A DNA stretch of 51,467 nt from assembly GCA_039930265.1 (NCBI GenBank), contig JBDSPO010000148.1, positions 1-51,467 on the forward strand, written 5' to 3'. Positions 39,496-50,313 of this stretch are shown piece after piece (position 1 is the first letter of the stretch; each line of letters opens with the position of its first letter). Position numbers and translations under genes: made by a program. The notes beneath the pieces are model-generated. The model saw only the letters and a list, made by a program, of their open reading frames with translations. It did not search any database and was not told where the DNA came from. This DNA comes from Lysobacter sp. GTDB lineage: Bacteria; Pseudomonadota; Gammaproteobacteria; Xanthomonadales; Xanthomonadaceae.

Positions 39496-40268
39496 CCGCG
39501 GAACCCGTCTTTCCACCGCCGCAATTCGGCGAAGACTTCGATCTGGTCGACCGGGGCGCGGCCGAGACGATCGGTGACCGCGGCAATCACTGCGGGCTGG
39601 TCGCAGCGCAGGAACGGGTTGCACGCCCGTTCGCTGTCCAGGCTCGTTGGAAGGGTGGGGCGGGAAGTGGCTCGCATGTGTTTGGCATCCTGGGTGCGGC
39701 GCAAAAGCGCTGCATTTTCGGGCTCGACCACGCGCGCGAACGCTGCGTTGGACAGGGTGTATTCGTGACCGCAAAACAGCCTGGTCGCGCCGGAAAGGGC
39801 GGCCAGACGGGAGAGCGAACGATGCATCTGCAACGGACTACCTTCGAAAAGTCGCCCGCAACCCAGGCTGAACAGCGTATCGCCGCTGAACAGGACGCCG
39901 CCCGCAGGCGCGTCGTGGAAGTACGCAAGGTGGCTGCTGGTATGGCCCGGGACGGCAATCACCTGCCAGTCCAGCCCCGCGGCGGTGAAGCGCGTGCCAT
40001 CGCCGACCACGTGCGTCGTGGTGGTAATGCGCGGATCGGCGGGCGCATAGACGCGCAGATCGGGCCAGCGCTGCAGCAATTCCGCCACCCCGCCGACATG
40101 GTCGTGGTGGTGGTGGGTCAGCAGGACCGCCCCCGGGCGCAGGCCCGCATCGGCGGCGGCAAACACCGGTGCCGCCTGGCCGGGATCGACGACCAGCGTT
40201 TCACTTCCGTCCCGGCTCAGACACCAGATGTAGTTGTCATCAAAAGCGGTCAGAGCCTGCAGATGCAT
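39492..40268 (-). CDS. gloB: Hydroxyacylglutathione hydrolase (glyoxalase II)
   Basis: DNYIW, THHHHDHVGG, PGHT, GDTLFSLGCGR, GHEYT and NPFLR motifs. Confidence 0.97.
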   Translation of the reverse strand: MHLQALTAFDDNYIWCLSRDGSETLVVDPGQAAPVFAAADAGLRPGAVLLTHHHHDHVGGVAELLQRWPDLRVYAPADPRITTTTHVVGDGTRFTAAGLDWQVIAVPGHTSSHLAYFHDAPAGGVLFSGDTLFSLGCGRLFEGSPLQMHRSLSRLAALSGATRLFCGHEYTLSNAAFARVVEPENAALLRRTQDAKHMRATSRPTLPTSLDSERACNPFLRCDQPAVIAAVTDRLGRAPVDQIEVFAELRRWKDGFRG

Positions 40269-40349
40269 AGGGCGCTCCTTGGGAATGCCGTCGGCTTGCA
40301 GCAGAATCAGTGGTTCCGGCCACGTCCCGCCGAGCAGGAAGCCGCGACC

Positions 40350-41084
40350 ATGCCCGCATTTGCCTACCATCGTCAACCCGGCCTACCGCGGCGTGACGCG
40401 CTGGAGTGGTTCGCCGGCGCCGCCGGTCGAGCGCTGATGGCGAGCGAAACGGCTGCGGTTGCGCGGGTCTTGGCAGCCTGTCCGGCGATGCCCTGGCTTT
40501 GGCTCGGGATTCCGGCGGCCACACCGCCGGATGCACCGCGTGGGGTGCGCCTGCACCTTTCAACCAGTGGTTTCAGCGGCGATCTCCGCTGCGCCCTGCC
40601 GCTGCCGATGGCCAGCGAATGCTTCGGGGCCATCTTCCTGCAACATGCGCTGGACGACAGTCGCGCCGCCCCGGCGGTGTTGGACGAATGCGCCCGTCTG
40701 CTGGCCCCCGGCGGCACGCTCTGGCTGGCGACCCTCAATCCCTGGAGCCCCTACCGCGCCCGCTGGGCCGGCAGCGGCGTGCGTGCGCGATCGCCGGGTC
40801 GCTGGCAAGCGGCGTTGCGACGTGCAGGCTTCACACCCGGATCGATCCGGATGCAATGGCTGGGTCCGCACTGGCAGCCGCGGGTGGCCGAAGCCGGGGT
40901 AGGCCTGATGGACCGCTTCCGCGGAGGGCTGGCCTTGAGTGCCGGCAAACAGGTGCAGGCGGTGATCCCGCCGACCGGGTTGCGGCAGCTCAGCTGGCAG
41001 ACCGGCCGCTGGCCGCTGCCGATCGCTGACCAGAGCGGCACGGCGAGACCGATCGTGCCCGGGTCGGCGATAATGCGCCGATGA
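40350..41084 (+). CDS. YafS-like class I methyltransferase-fold protein
   Basis: [16 protein letters not shown] and LNPWS motifs; usual slot between gloB and rnhA; GGAAG upstream. Confidence 0.8.
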   Translation: MPAFAYHRQPGLPRRDALEWFAGAAGRALMASETAAVARVLAACPAMPWLWLGIPAATPPDAPRGVRLHLSTSGFSGDLRCALPLPMASECFGAIFLQHALDDSRAAPAVLDECARLLAPGGTLWLATLNPWSPYRARWAGSGVRARSPGRWQAALRRAGFTPGSIRMQWLGPHWQPRVAEAGVGLMDRFRGGLALSAGKQVQAVIPPTGLRQLSWQTGRWPLPIADQSGTARPIVPGSAIMRR

Positions 41085-41569
41085 CTGAAAACAACCGTGT
41101 TGAAGACAGCGCCAAGACCGTCCAGATCCACACCGATGGCGCCTGCCTGGGCAACCCCGGGCCCGGTGGCTGGGCCGCCCTGCTGCGAAGCAGCGGGCGA
41201 GAGCGCGAACTGGTCGGCGGTGAGGCCGACACCACCAACAACCGCATGGAACTGATGGCGGCCATCTGCGCACTGGAAGCGTTGAAGGAACGCTGCGTGG
41301 TGACCCTGCATACCGATTCGCAGTACGTGCGTCAGGGCATCACGACCTGGATGGCCAACTGGGTCCGGCGCGGTTGGAAGACCGCCGGCGGGGATCCTGT
41401 GAAGAACCGCGACCTGTGGGAGCGGCTGAACCTCGCCGCGCGCAACCACCAGGTCGACTGGCGCTGGGTCAAGGGTCATTCCGGCGATCCGGACAACGAT
41501 CGGGTCGACGTGCTGGCCCGCGACGAAGCAACCCGTTTCAAACAGCGCGGCTTCGCGCCGCGGGGCTGA
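41081..41569 (+). CDS. rnhA: Ribonuclease HI
   Basis: [26 protein letters not shown] and WVKGHSG motifs. Confidence 0.98.
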   Translation: MTENNRVEDSAKTVQIHTDGACLGNPGPGGWAALLRSSGRERELVGGEADTTNNRMELMAAICALEALKERCVVTLHTDSQYVRQGITTWMANWVRRGWKTAGGDPVKNRDLWERLNLAARNHQVDWRWVKGHSGDPDNDRVDVLARDEATRFKQRGFAPRG

Positions 41570-41571
41570 GC

Positions 41572-42282
41572 ATGGCGCGTCAGGTCATCCTGGATACCGA
41601 AACCACCGGGCTGAGCTGGGAGCGGGGTAACCGGGTGGTGGAAATCGGCTGCGTGGAATTCCTCGAGCGGCGCCCGACCGGTCGCACATTCCATCGCTAC
41701 CTGAAGCCCGATTGCCCGTTCGAGCCTGGCGCCCAGGAAGTCACCGGGCTGACTCTGGAATTTCTCGCCGACAAGCCGCTGTTCACCGATGTGGTGCAGG
41801 AGTTCCTGGACTTTGTCGCCGGTGCCGAGCTGGTGATCCACAACGCGGCATTCGACGTCGGCTTCCTCGACAACGAACTGCGACTGGCGGGCGCGGAGCA
41901 CGGGTGTCTGGCGGATCGTTGCACGGTCGAGGACTCGCTGCTGCTCGCGCGCCGCCGGTTTCCGGGTCAGCGCAATTCGCTGGACGCCCTGTGCCGTCGT
42001 CTGGGCGTGGACAATGCCCACCGCCAGTTGCATGGCGCGCTGCTGGATGCCCAGTTGCTGGCGGAGGTCTATATCGCCCTCACCTCCGGGCAGGAGGAAA
42101 TCGGCTTTGCCTCGGCGGCGCCGGTGCCTGACGCGACAGCCGCGTCCTACCGGGCCGACGTGACCGTGCCGCGGCCGCGGGTAGTGGTGGAGCCGGCTGA
42201 GCTTGCCGCGCACGAGACCCGCTTGGCCACATTGCGCCGCAAAGCCGGCGTGGCGGTCTGGGACGCGATCGTGACCGGCTGA
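41572..42282 (+). CDS. dnaQ: DNA polymerase III epsilon subunit
   Basis: LDTETTG, HNAAFD and HGALLDA (DEDDh) motifs. Confidence 0.98.
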   Translation: MARQVILDTETTGLSWERGNRVVEIGCVEFLERRPTGRTFHRYLKPDCPFEPGAQEVTGLTLEFLADKPLFTDVVQEFLDFVAGAELVIHNAAFDVGFLDNELRLAGAEHGCLADRCTVEDSLLLARRRFPGQRNSLDALCRRLGVDNAHRQLHGALLDAQLLAEVYIALTSGQEEIGFASAAPVPDATAASYRADVTVPRPRVVVEPAELAAHETRLATLRRKAGVAVWDAIVTG

Positions 42283-42286
42283 GCCG

Positions 42287-42991
42287 TCAGTGGCTGCGGA
42301 TCAGGACCGCGGTGATGTTGTCCGAACCGCCGCCGTCCAGCGCCGCCGCCACCAGGGTGTCCACGCATTCCTGGGCGCTGCGGTCGCGCAGTCCGAGCAC
42401 GCGCGCAATCTGCTCGTCCTCGACTTCCTCGGTCAGCCCGTCGCTGCACAGAAGCAATTGCATGCCCGGCAGCATCTCACCGGCAATGGTGGCGACATCG
42501 AGGTTGCGCGGGTCGGTCACCCCCAGCGCCTGCGTCACCACGTTGCGGTGCGGGTGGCTGCGGGCCTGCTCGCGGGTGATCGCGCCGCTGGCGATCAATT
42601 CCTGCACGTAGCTGTGGTCCTTGGACAGCTGCACCAGTTGCTCGTCGCGCCACAGGTACACCCGACTGTCACCCACCCAGGCGACCTCGAAGCGGTTGCC
42701 CGAAACACGGGCCGCGACCACGGTAGTGCCCATCGGCAGCGCGTCGCGACGCATGCGCGATACGCGCATGATTTCCTCGTCCGCAATCCGGATCGCCTGC
42801 ACCAGCAAGGTGCCATCACGGGTTTCCCGGACAATCGTCTCCCGCGCGAGCGCGCTGGCGACCTCGCCGTATTCGTGCCCGCCCATGCCATCGGCGACCA
42901 GCCACAGCCCCAAAGCCCGGTCGCCGTAATAGCTGTCTTCGTTGAGCTCGCGACGCAGGCCGACGTGGGTCAGATGTCCAAATTCAATCAT
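42287..42991 (-). CDS. PP2C/PPM family Ser/Thr phosphatase
   Basis: NED, VADGMGG, MGTT, VGDSR, CSDGL and GGSDNIT motifs. Confidence 0.95.
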   Translation of the reverse strand: MIEFGHLTHVGLRRELNEDSYYGDRALGLWLVADGMGGHEYGEVASALARETIVRETRDGTLLVQAIRIADEEIMRVSRMRRDALPMGTTVVAARVSGNRFEVAWVGDSRVYLWRDEQLVQLSKDHSYVQELIASGAITREQARSHPHRNVVTQALGVTDPRNLDVATIAGEMLPGMQLLLCSDGLTEEVEDEQIARVLGLRDRSAQECVDTLVAAALDGGGSDNITAVLIRSH

Positions 42992-43084
42992 GGGGGATCG
43001 CGCCGGTCACGTTTCTTGAGGTCATCACATACGTTAACGCAGCCGTCGATGCTGGAAGGCCACAGGTTCGCAGACGGCAGGCAC

Positions 43085-43114
43085 GGGAAAGGGCCGCCGG
43101 AGCAGCCCTTTCTC
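43085..43114 (-). terminator. Probable terminator of tRNA-Ser(CGA)
   Basis: GAAAGGGC...GCCCTTTC hairpin just 3' of the tRNA; weak U tail. Confidence 0.55.
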
Positions 43115-43119
43115 GATTC

Positions 43120-43215
<96 letters not shown>

Positions 43216-43353
43216 GGTGTACCGCCAGCCTCAAGCCGGGGTCGTGGGGGCGCAAGCATACGGTGCGCATGGCCTCGTGCACAAGCGGTGCAGCCGATCC
43301 GGTTGCCGGGGTGGGAGCGGTAGACTGTTGCCCTTCTCTTCACGGATGCCACC

Positions 43354-43761
43354 ATGTCTGAAATCCTTGTTCCCGTCTCCTTCGGCGAGCTGCTGGACAA
43401 AATTGCGATCCTGTCCATCAAGGCCGAGCGCATGACCGATCCGGCCAAGTTGCAGAACGTCCAGAACGAGCTGGGCGCGCTGCAGAACACGTGGATGGCG
43501 CATCCGGCCGCCGGCAGTGACGTGGTCCGGCTGCGCGCCGAGCTGAAGTCGGTCAACGAGCGGTTGTGGGTGATCGAAGACGACATCCGCCTGAAGGAAA
43601 AGGCGGCTGCGTTCGACGACGAGTTCATCCGCCTGGCGCGCAGTGTGTACTTCGAGAACGACGAGCGGGCCCGGCTGAAGCGCGAGATCAATCTTGCCCT
43701 GGGTTCCAGCTACGTCGAGGAAAAGTCCTATCAGGACTACCGCAACAACGCCCCCTCGTAA
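43354..43761 (+). CDS. DUF6165-like conserved protein
   Basis: VPVSFGELLDKIAIL, LWVIEDDIR, ARSVYFENDER and EEKSY pattern. Confidence 0.8.
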   Translation: MSEILVPVSFGELLDKIAILSIKAERMTDPAKLQNVQNELGALQNTWMAHPAAGSDVVRLRAELKSVNERLWVIEDDIRLKEKAAAFDDEFIRLARSVYFENDERARLKREINLALGSSYVEEKSYQDYRNNAPS

Positions 43762-43803
43762 CCCGTCGGCGCGCGGGGGGCGCGTGCATGCCTGATTTCC
43801 GCG

Positions 43804-44862
43804 CTAAACCGGCAAGGTGTCGGCGCGGAACCGTTCAAACGCGCCGACCGCATCTTCCACCGTGACCAGATCCATCACCCCGTCGTGTTCGATCTTGCTG
43901 CCCCAGCGCAGCGCGTCGGCGGGCTTGCCGCGATAGCGTCGGGCGGCATCGTCGTAACGGTCCACGCAATAGCGGCGGTCGCTGTACGGCCCACTGCGCG
44001 CAGGGTTGCTGGCGGCGTGCAGCCCCAGCACCTTGGTGCCCATGGCATTGGCGATATGCATCGGGCCGGAGTCCGGCGTCAACAACAGATCGGCGCGCTC
44101 AAGCAGCGCCGGAAGCTGTTTGAGGGTGTCCTTGCCGACCAGGTCCAGCGGCACGCCGCGCATGGCATGGGTGATCGCGTCGGCGGTGTCACGCTCCAGC
44201 GCGCTGCGCCCACCGCACAGCACCACCCGCCAGCCGCAATCAATCGCGTGGTCGGCAACCGCCGCGTAGCGTTCAGCGCGCCAGTTGCGCAGCACATGGC
44301 TGGAGCACGGCGAGATCATCAAGGTGCGGGTGGCGTCTGCGTCCCACTGGGCACAGGCCCACTCACGCGCGTCGGCCGGCACCGGCAGGTCCCAACGGAC
44401 CGCGGTCTGGCGCAACCCCAGCGGTTCGCAGAAGCTGCCGATCGCATCCAGGACGTGGATGCCGGGGCGGTCGGGAATGCGCCGGTTGATGAACAATCCG
44501 TGGCCATCGCGTGACCGGGCGCGGTCATAGCCGACTCGCATGCGCGCCGGCACCGCGGCCGAGAGCAGGTTGGCACGCGCGGCGACCTGCATCTGCAGCA
44601 GGACATCGAACTTGCCGGCCGGCCGGGCCCGCATCCGGCGATGCAGCGCGAGCATGCCGCGCAGGCCGGAGCGCTTGTCGTAGTCGATGAACTCGACCCC
44701 GGGAAGCCCCTCCAGCAGCCGCTGCTCGGCCTTGCCGATGATCCAGCTCAACGATATGTCCGGCCATGCCGCCTGCAGGGTTCGCACCAGCGGTACCACG
44801 TGGGTGACATCGCCCAGCGCGGAAAGCCGCAGCAGGCAGATCGAAGCAGGTGCAGGGGGCAT
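43804..44862 (-). CDS. Glycosyltransferase family 9 (LPS core, OpsX-like)
   Basis: RLSALGDV and DSGPMHIA motifs; divergent from kdkA. Confidence 0.92.
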   Translation of the reverse strand: MPPAPASICLLRLSALGDVTHVVPLVRTLQAAWPDISLSWIIGKAEQRLLEGLPGVEFIDYDKRSGLRGMLALHRRMRARPAGKFDVLLQMQVAARANLLSAAVPARMRVGYDRARSRDGHGLFINRRIPDRPGIHVLDAIGSFCEPLGLRQTAVRWDLPVPADAREWACAQWDADATRTLMISPCSSHVLRNWRAERYAAVADHAIDCGWRVVLCGGRSALERDTADAITHAMRGVPLDLVGKDTLKQLPALLERADLLLTPDSGPMHIANAMGTKVLGLHAASNPARSGPYSDRRYCVDRYDDAARRYRGKPADALRWGSKIEHDGVMDLVTVEDAVGAFERFRADTLPV

Positions 44863-44884
44863 GCTAATTGCTAGACTCCGGACA

Positions 44885-45634
44885 ATGACGGGGTTTCATG
44901 CTGCTGAAGGACTGACGCCATTCCGCGAAGACAGCGGCTATGGCGCAATTCTGTTCGACACCAACCGGGTCCGGCAAGTCGAGCCGGAGTGGTTCGTGCC
45001 GTCCCGATGGCAGCAGCGGGCGCGCCCGGTCGACAGCGGTGGTCGCGGTGGCGCGTGGTTCGTGGATGCGCCCTTCGGTCAGGCCGTGCTGCGACGCTAT
45101 CTGCGTGGCGGCCTCATGGCGAAGCTGTCGCACGACCGTTACGTCTGGCGCGGTGCCATGGCCACCCGCAGTTTCGCGGAGTTCCGCCTGTCACGCGCGA
45201 TGATTGAAAGAGGGGTCCCGGTGCCGCCGCCGATCGCCGCCCTCTACCGGCGCGAAGGGATGTTCTACCGATGCGCGATCCTGGTCGAGCGCCTGCCCGA
45301 TGTGCGCACGCTCGCCGATCGCGCCATCGTCGCCGGTGACGGCGCGCCCTGGGAGGAAACGGGCCGGCTCGTGGCCAAGGCGCATCGGGCAGGCCTGGAT
45401 CACGCGGATCTGAATGCCCACAACCTGATGTTCGATTCCCGTGGCCAGGGCTGGGTGATCGACCTGGATCGCGGGCGCATGGTCATTCCGGCTACCGGCT
45501 GGCGCGAGCGCAACCTCGCGCGCCTGAAGCGCTCGCTGCTCAAGCTGCGCGGCAAGCGCGACGTCGCCGAGGTGGAGCGAGACTTCGCCCGCCTGCGCGA
45601 TGCCTACGATCATGTCTGGGCGAGGGGTTACTGA
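44885..45634 (+). CDS. kdkA: Kdo kinase
   Basis: [29 protein letters not shown] and NLARLKRSL motifs. Confidence 0.94.
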   Translation: MTGFHAAEGLTPFREDSGYGAILFDTNRVRQVEPEWFVPSRWQQRARPVDSGGRGGAWFVDAPFGQAVLRRYLRGGLMAKLSHDRYVWRGAMATRSFAEFRLSRAMIERGVPVPPPIAALYRREGMFYRCAILVERLPDVRTLADRAIVAGDGAPWEETGRLVAKAHRAGLDHADLNAHNLMFDSRGQGWVIDLDRGRMVIPATGWRERNLARLKRSLLKLRGKRDVAEVERDFARLRDAYDHVWARGY

Positions 45635-45635
45635 A

Positions 45636-46394
45636 ATGCGTTGGGATCTGCGCCTGCACGGTGTCGGCAATGCCTCGGCGGTCGAACTCGGGTCTGCGAT
45701 GGCGACCATTGAACACCGGGGCCAGCCGTGGCTGACCATCGACTGCGGCGGCGAGGGGCTGACGGCCTTTCTGGCCCACTACGGGCAACCGCCGCAGGCG
45801 TTGTTCATCACCCACACCCATCTGGACCATGTGGCCGGGTTCGAGCGCCTGTTCGTGGAGGCCTATTTCAATGCGTCCCTGCGCGGCCGGATCCGGCTGT
45901 ATGTGCCGGCCAAGCTCGTGCCCCTGCTGCACCAGCGCGTGGGCGACTATCCCAACCCGCTGGCAGAAGGCGGCGCGAACTTCTGGGACGCGTTCCAGGT
46001 GGTCCCGGTCGGTGAGGCGTTCTGGCACCGGGGCGTGCGCCTGGAAGTATTTCCGGTGCGCCACCATTGGCCCGACACGGCGTACGGACTGCGTCTGCAC
46101 GGCAGCCTGGTGTGGACGGGAGATACCCGGCCGATTCCGGAAATGCTGGCGCGGATGGCCGGTGCGGGGGAGTTGATCGCCCACGACTGTGCGTTGCACG
46201 GCAACCCGTCGCACAGCGGTATCGAGGATCTGGAGCGGGAGTACCCGCGTGAACTCCTGGCGCGCTGCGTGCTGTATCACTACGGCAGCGCCGGTGAGGG
46301 GGACGCGCTGACCGCACGCGGCTATCGGGTCGGCCGGCCCGGGGAACTGCTGGCACTGGCAGCGACCACCGCGATGCGGGTCGAGGAGCCATAA
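45636..46394 (+). CDS. MBL-fold metallohydrolase (RNase Z/phosphodiesterase-like)
   Basis: IDCG, THTHLDH, TGDT, AHDC, SHS and LYHY motifs; starts 1 nt after the kdkA stop. Confidence 0.9.
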   Translation: MRWDLRLHGVGNASAVELGSAMATIEHRGQPWLTIDCGGEGLTAFLAHYGQPPQALFITHTHLDHVAGFERLFVEAYFNASLRGRIRLYVPAKLVPLLHQRVGDYPNPLAEGGANFWDAFQVVPVGEAFWHRGVRLEVFPVRHHWPDTAYGLRLHGSLVWTGDTRPIPEMLARMAGAGELIAHDCALHGNPSHSGIEDLEREYPRELLARCVLYHYGSAGEGDALTARGYRVGRPGELLALAATTAMRVEEP

Positions 46395-46398
46395 AGGC

Positions 46399-46506
46399 GG
46401 TGGCCCCGCCAACTGACCTCGGCGCCCGCGTCAGTCAATACCGTTGCTGCCTTCCGGCCCTGGCGGAGTTTTCGACCTAGCGTCGCGAGGGGCCGACGGG
46501 GCCACC
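46399..46506 (-). ncRNA. ffs: Signal recognition particle 4.5S RNA
   Basis: Minus strand GCCAGGGCCGGAAGGCAGCAAC (domain IV with GGAA loop) inside a long hairpin closed by GGTGGCCCCG/CGGGGCCACC. Confidence 0.95.
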
Positions 46507-46524
46507 ACGGACAATTACGACATC

Positions 46525-46617
46525 TGGCGGAGAGAGGGGGATTCGAACCCCCGAAGCGCGGTTTAGACGCTTACACACTTTCCAGGCGTGCTCCTTCAAC
46601 CACTCGGACACCTCTCC
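46525..46617 (-). tRNA. tRNA-Ser(GGA)
   Basis: Reverse complement GGAGAGGTGT...CT GGA AA...GCCA, long variable arm. Confidence 0.97.
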
Positions 46618-46856
46618 GCATCTGAAACGCTACAGATCTCCGCTGCGCGCCAGCCACGAGGGCGGGAAACGCAACGAAGCCGCCAAGTCTAGCGCTGCGC
46701 GCGCGTGCGGACAAGTCGGATGTTGGCGCGAACGCAATCTCTGCGACTTGCAGCGGGCGTGGGGCGGGTAAGTGGCATGGCACAATGGGGGTGCTGCGTC
46801 GGCGTGCGCCGGATCCATGGCCCGACGCTCCCTGCCGGACTTGTCCAAGGTAATCG

Positions 46857-48764
46857 ATGTCCTATCTCGTTCTCGCCCGCAAATGGCGGCCCAAGCGCTT
46901 CGCCGAACTGGTGGGGCAGGAGCACGTGGTGCGGGCGCTGACCAACGCGCTCGACAGCGGCCGGGTCCATCATGCCTTCCTGTTTTCCGGCACCCGCGGG
47001 GTGGGCAAGACCACGATCGCGCGGATCTTCGCCAAATCGCTCAATTGCGAGCAGGGCACGTCCGCCGATCCCTGCGGGGAATGCAACTCGTGCCTGGACA
47101 TCGACGCCGGCCGGTTCATCGACCTGCTGGAGATCGACGCCGCCTCCAACACCGGCGTGGACGATGTCCGTGACCTGATCGACAATGCCCAGTACATGCC
47201 CTCGCGCGGCCGGGTGAAGGTGTACCTGATCGACGAAGTGCACATGCTCTCGAAGTCCGCGTTCAACGCCTTGTTGAAGACGCTGGAAGAGCCCCCGGGA
47301 CACGTGAAATTCCTGTTGGCGACAACCGACCCGCAGAAACTGCCGGTGACCGTGCTGTCGCGGTGCCTGCAGTTCAATCTCAAGCGCCTGGATGAAGACC
47401 AGATCGGCGGCCAGGTGGAGAAGATCCTGCACGCCGAAGGGATTGCGATCGAGTCCGGGGCGGTGCGCCAGATCAGCCGCGCGGCCGATGGCAGCCTGCG
47501 TGACGGCCTGTCATTGCTGGACCAGGCGATCGCATACACGGGCGGTCAGCTCACCGATGCTGCGGTGGCCACCATGCTGGGCACGGTCGACCAGACCCGC
47601 GTCGGTGCGCTGCTGACGGCGCTGGCGGCCGGTGATGGCACTGCCCTGATGGCGGAAGTCGCGGCGTTGGCGGAATTTTCCCCCGATTGGGCGGGCGTTC
47701 TGGAGACCATGAGCGACGCGCTGCATCGGATCCAGGTGCGCCAGCTGGTTCCCGCGGCCAGCGTGGAGGCCGACGGCGTCGACATCGACACGCTGTCCAA
47801 TGCGGTACCGCCCGAACTGGTCCAGCTGTGGTACCAGATGGCGATCAACGGTCGCCGCGATCTGTCACTCGCACCCAGCCAGCGCGCCGGATTCGAGATG
47901 AGCGTGTTGCGGATGCTCGCGTTCAGGCCCGCCGCCGCCGGCGCGGGGCGAGCGCCTGCAGCGACTGCGCCAGCGAACGAGGCAACGGGCACGGAGGCAG
48001 CGTCTTCCGGGGCGTTGCCTGCCCCCGTTGCGACGGCCACGGCGGTGCCGACACCGCCCGCGCCGCCGGCGCCGCCGGCCACCGCGATGCCGCCCGCCGA
48101 TCAGGTGGTGCCCATGATCCCGGCGGCTGCGACGCCCCACGGTGGCGATGCGCCGGCGCGAGTGCGTCCTGCAGCGGACGCGGGGCAGGTGGAAAGCCTG
48201 GCCGGTCGGGACGACGACACGTACACCGGGCCGGACCGTGAAGCGGCGCCGTATCCCAGCCGGGAAGACGAGGCGGCTGCGATCAGCGCCCCTGCCGGTC
48301 CGGTGGCGGGCACCCCCGCGTCCAACGTTCGCGACGGGAGGCCCGGCTACGATGACGGCGCCTTCGGGGCGGCGATCGCTGATGCCGATGACTGGCATGC
48401 CTGGGTCGTCGCCAGCGCGCTGAAAGGACCCGCTCGCGTGCTCGCCGAGCACGTGGGTTTTATCGCCTGCGAAGGCGCCGTGCTTCGTCTGGCGCTGGCG
48501 CCGGAGGACGAGCTGCTGAACAAACCGGCCCTCGTCGCCCAGATCGCCCACGCCCTGGCGGCCAGCTTGGGTGGTAATCCGCAGATTCACTTCGAGGCGA
48601 GCACCGTGGCTGGCGTCTCGCTTCGTGCGCGCAACGATCTGGCCCGGGACGCGCGCCGGACTGCGGCCATGGACACCTTCATGGCCGACCCCCAGGTGCG
48701 CGCGCTGATCGCGGGCGGCGCCAGCGTCGTGCCCGATTCCATCCGCCCCTACGACGACGCCTGA
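46857..48764 (+). CDS. dnaX: DNA polymerase III subunit gamma/tau
   Basis: [15 protein letters not shown], zinc module, DEVHML and SRC motifs; Pro/Ala linker; C-terminal domain V. Confidence 0.98.
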   Translation: MSYLVLARKWRPKRFAELVGQEHVVRALTNALDSGRVHHAFLFSGTRGVGKTTIARIFAKSLNCEQGTSADPCGECNSCLDIDAGRFIDLLEIDAASNTGVDDVRDLIDNAQYMPSRGRVKVYLIDEVHMLSKSAFNALLKTLEEPPGHVKFLLATTDPQKLPVTVLSRCLQFNLKRLDEDQIGGQVEKILHAEGIAIESGAVRQISRAADGSLRDGLSLLDQAIAYTGGQLTDAAVATMLGTVDQTRVGALLTALAAGDGTALMAEVAALAEFSPDWAGVLETMSDALHRIQVRQLVPAASVEADGVDIDTLSNAVPPELVQLWYQMAINGRRDLSLAPSQRAGFEMSVLRMLAFRPAAAGAGRAPAATAPANEATGTEAASSGALPAPVATATAVPTPPAPPAPPATAMPPADQVVPMIPAAATPHGGDAPARVRPAADAGQVESLAGRDDDTYTGPDREAAPYPSREDEAAAISAPAGPVAGTPASNVRDGRPGYDDGAFGAAIADADDWHAWVVASALKGPARVLAEHVGFIACEGAVLRLALAPEDELLNKPALVAQIAHALAASLGGNPQIHFEASTVAGVSLRARNDLARDARRTAAMDTFMADPQVRALIAGGASVVPDSIRPYDDA

Positions 48765-48865
48765 GGCAACGTGGCGGAATTCTCCCGCCGGGCTTGAGAG
48801 TGTCGGACGATGCCTGCATCTCTGACGCGAACCCACTTCCTTTCCCCACCGGACGAGTAGACGAC

Positions 48866-49186
48866 ATGCGTGGAAATATTGCCCAACTCATGCAACAAGC
48901 GCAGAAAATGCAGGAAAACGTGCAGCGCGCGCAGGAACAACTGGCCAACGTGGAGGTCACCGGCAACGCCGGCGGCGGCATGGTCAGCGTGACCCTCACT
49001 GGGCGCATGGAGTGCCGCAAGGTGCGCATCGATCCGCAGGCGCTGGCCGATCCGGAGATGGCCGAGGACCTCATTGCCGCGGCGATCAACGACGCCGTCA
49101 ACAAGGTGAATGCGGCGTCGCAGGAAATGATGGGCTCGGCGACCGCTGGCATGCAGTTGCCGCCCGGCATGAAGATGCCGTTCTGA
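48866..49186 (+). CDS. ybaB: YbaB/EbfC nucleoid-associated protein
   Basis: [16 protein letters not shown] and [11 protein letters not shown] motifs. Confidence 0.96.
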   Translation: MRGNIAQLMQQAQKMQENVQRAQEQLANVEVTGNAGGGMVSVTLTGRMECRKVRIDPQALADPEMAEDLIAAAINDAVNKVNAASQEMMGSATAGMQLPPGMKMPF

Positions 49187-49223
49187 CCGTGGCTGCCGCG
49201 CGCGCACTGGCGGTGTATCGCCC

Positions 49224-49820
49224 ATGAGCTCTCCGCTGCTGGATCAACTGATCGATGCGTTCCGGATATTGCCCGGCGTGGGTCAGAAGTCGGCCCAGCG
49301 CATGGCCTATCACGTGCTTGAGCGGGAACGGGCCGGCGGGCAGCGGTTGGCGGATGCGCTGGCGGTGGCCGTGGAAAAGATCGGTCACTGCGAGCGCTGC
49401 CGCGACTTCAGTGAGACCGCGATCTGTCCCACCTGCGCCAGCGCCGCGCGCGACGTGCACCAGTTGTGCGTGGTGGAAACCCCGGCCGACCGCCTGGCGA
49501 TCGAGCAGGCGACCGGCTACCGCGGTCTCTATTACGTGCTGCAGGGGCGACTCAGCCCGCTGGACGGGATCGGCCCGGCGGAACTCGGGTTGGACCGGCT
49601 GGCCGCGCGACTGGCCGAGGGTGAGGTGTCGGAGTTGATCGTCGCCACCAATCCGACGGTGGAAGGCGAGGCGACCGCCCATTACCTCGGCCAACTGGCA
49701 CGTCAGCACCGGGTGCTGCCCAGCCGCCCCACCCACGGCGTTCCGCTGGGCGGCGAGCTGGAATACGTCGACCGCGGAACGCTGTCGCACGCGTTCGGCA
49801 GCCGCAGCGAGATGTCCTAG
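49224..49820 (+). CDS. recR: Recombination mediator RecR
   Basis: [12 protein letters not shown]4 zinc finger, toprim ([12 protein letters not shown]). Confidence 0.98.
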   Translation: MSSPLLDQLIDAFRILPGVGQKSAQRMAYHVLERERAGGQRLADALAVAVEKIGHCERCRDFSETAICPTCASAARDVHQLCVVETPADRLAIEQATGYRGLYYVLQGRLSPLDGIGPAELGLDRLAARLAEGEVSELIVATNPTVEGEATAHYLGQLARQHRVLPSRPTHGVPLGGELEYVDRGTLSHAFGSRSEMS

Positions 49821-49864
49821 GGCGGCGCCGCCACGCAATTTCCGTGCACCACTGGAGGCAAGAC

Positions 49865-50230
49865 ATGACCGACGACACCATCTTCGGCAAGATCATCCGC
49901 CGCGAGATTCCCGCTGACATCGTCTACGAAGACGACCATCTGATCGCCTTCCGCGACATTGCGCCGCAGGCGCCCGTGCACGTGCTGTTCGTGCCCAAGA
50001 CGCCCATCCCGCGTCTGGACGACCTCAAGCCAGAGCAGGCGGCGGTGGTCGGGCGACTGGTGGTGGCGGCTGCCGATTACGCCCGTCGCGAAGGCGTCGC
50101 CGCGGACGGCTACCGGGTCGTCATGAACTGCAACGAGCACGGTGGCCAGACGGTCTACCAGATTCACCTGCATCTGCTGGCTGGCGCGCCGCTCGGTCGC
50201 TTCGGGGTCGTGCTCGACAGGGATGCCTGA
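49865..50230 (+). CDS. hinT: Histidine triad nucleotide-binding protein
   Basis: IFGKII, FRDIAPQAPVH and GQTVYQIHLHLLAG motifs; the first triad His is replaced by Gln. Confidence 0.93.
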   Translation: MTDDTIFGKIIRREIPADIVYEDDHLIAFRDIAPQAPVHVLFVPKTPIPRLDDLKPEQAAVVGRLVVAAADYARREGVAADGYRVVMNCNEHGGQTVYQIHLHLLAGAPLGRFGVVLDRDA

Positions 50231-50246
50231 GGCTCCGTACGCGCAT

Positions 50247-50276
50247 GCAAAAACGCCCCGTGAAGGGGCGTTTTGC
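50247..50276. terminator. Bidirectional terminator between hinT and slp
   Basis: AAAACGCCCC-GTGAA-GGGGCGTTTT. Confidence 0.85.
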
Positions 50277-50313
50277 GCATACCGCGACGAGGCTAGTTCG
50301 CCCCTGGTCGGAT

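Noticed and set aside
47900-48380. dnaX programmed frameshift or slippage site giving a gamma subunit
   Set aside because: No A-AAA-AAG heptamer or long A run is visible; the region is an ordinary Pro/Ala-rich linker.
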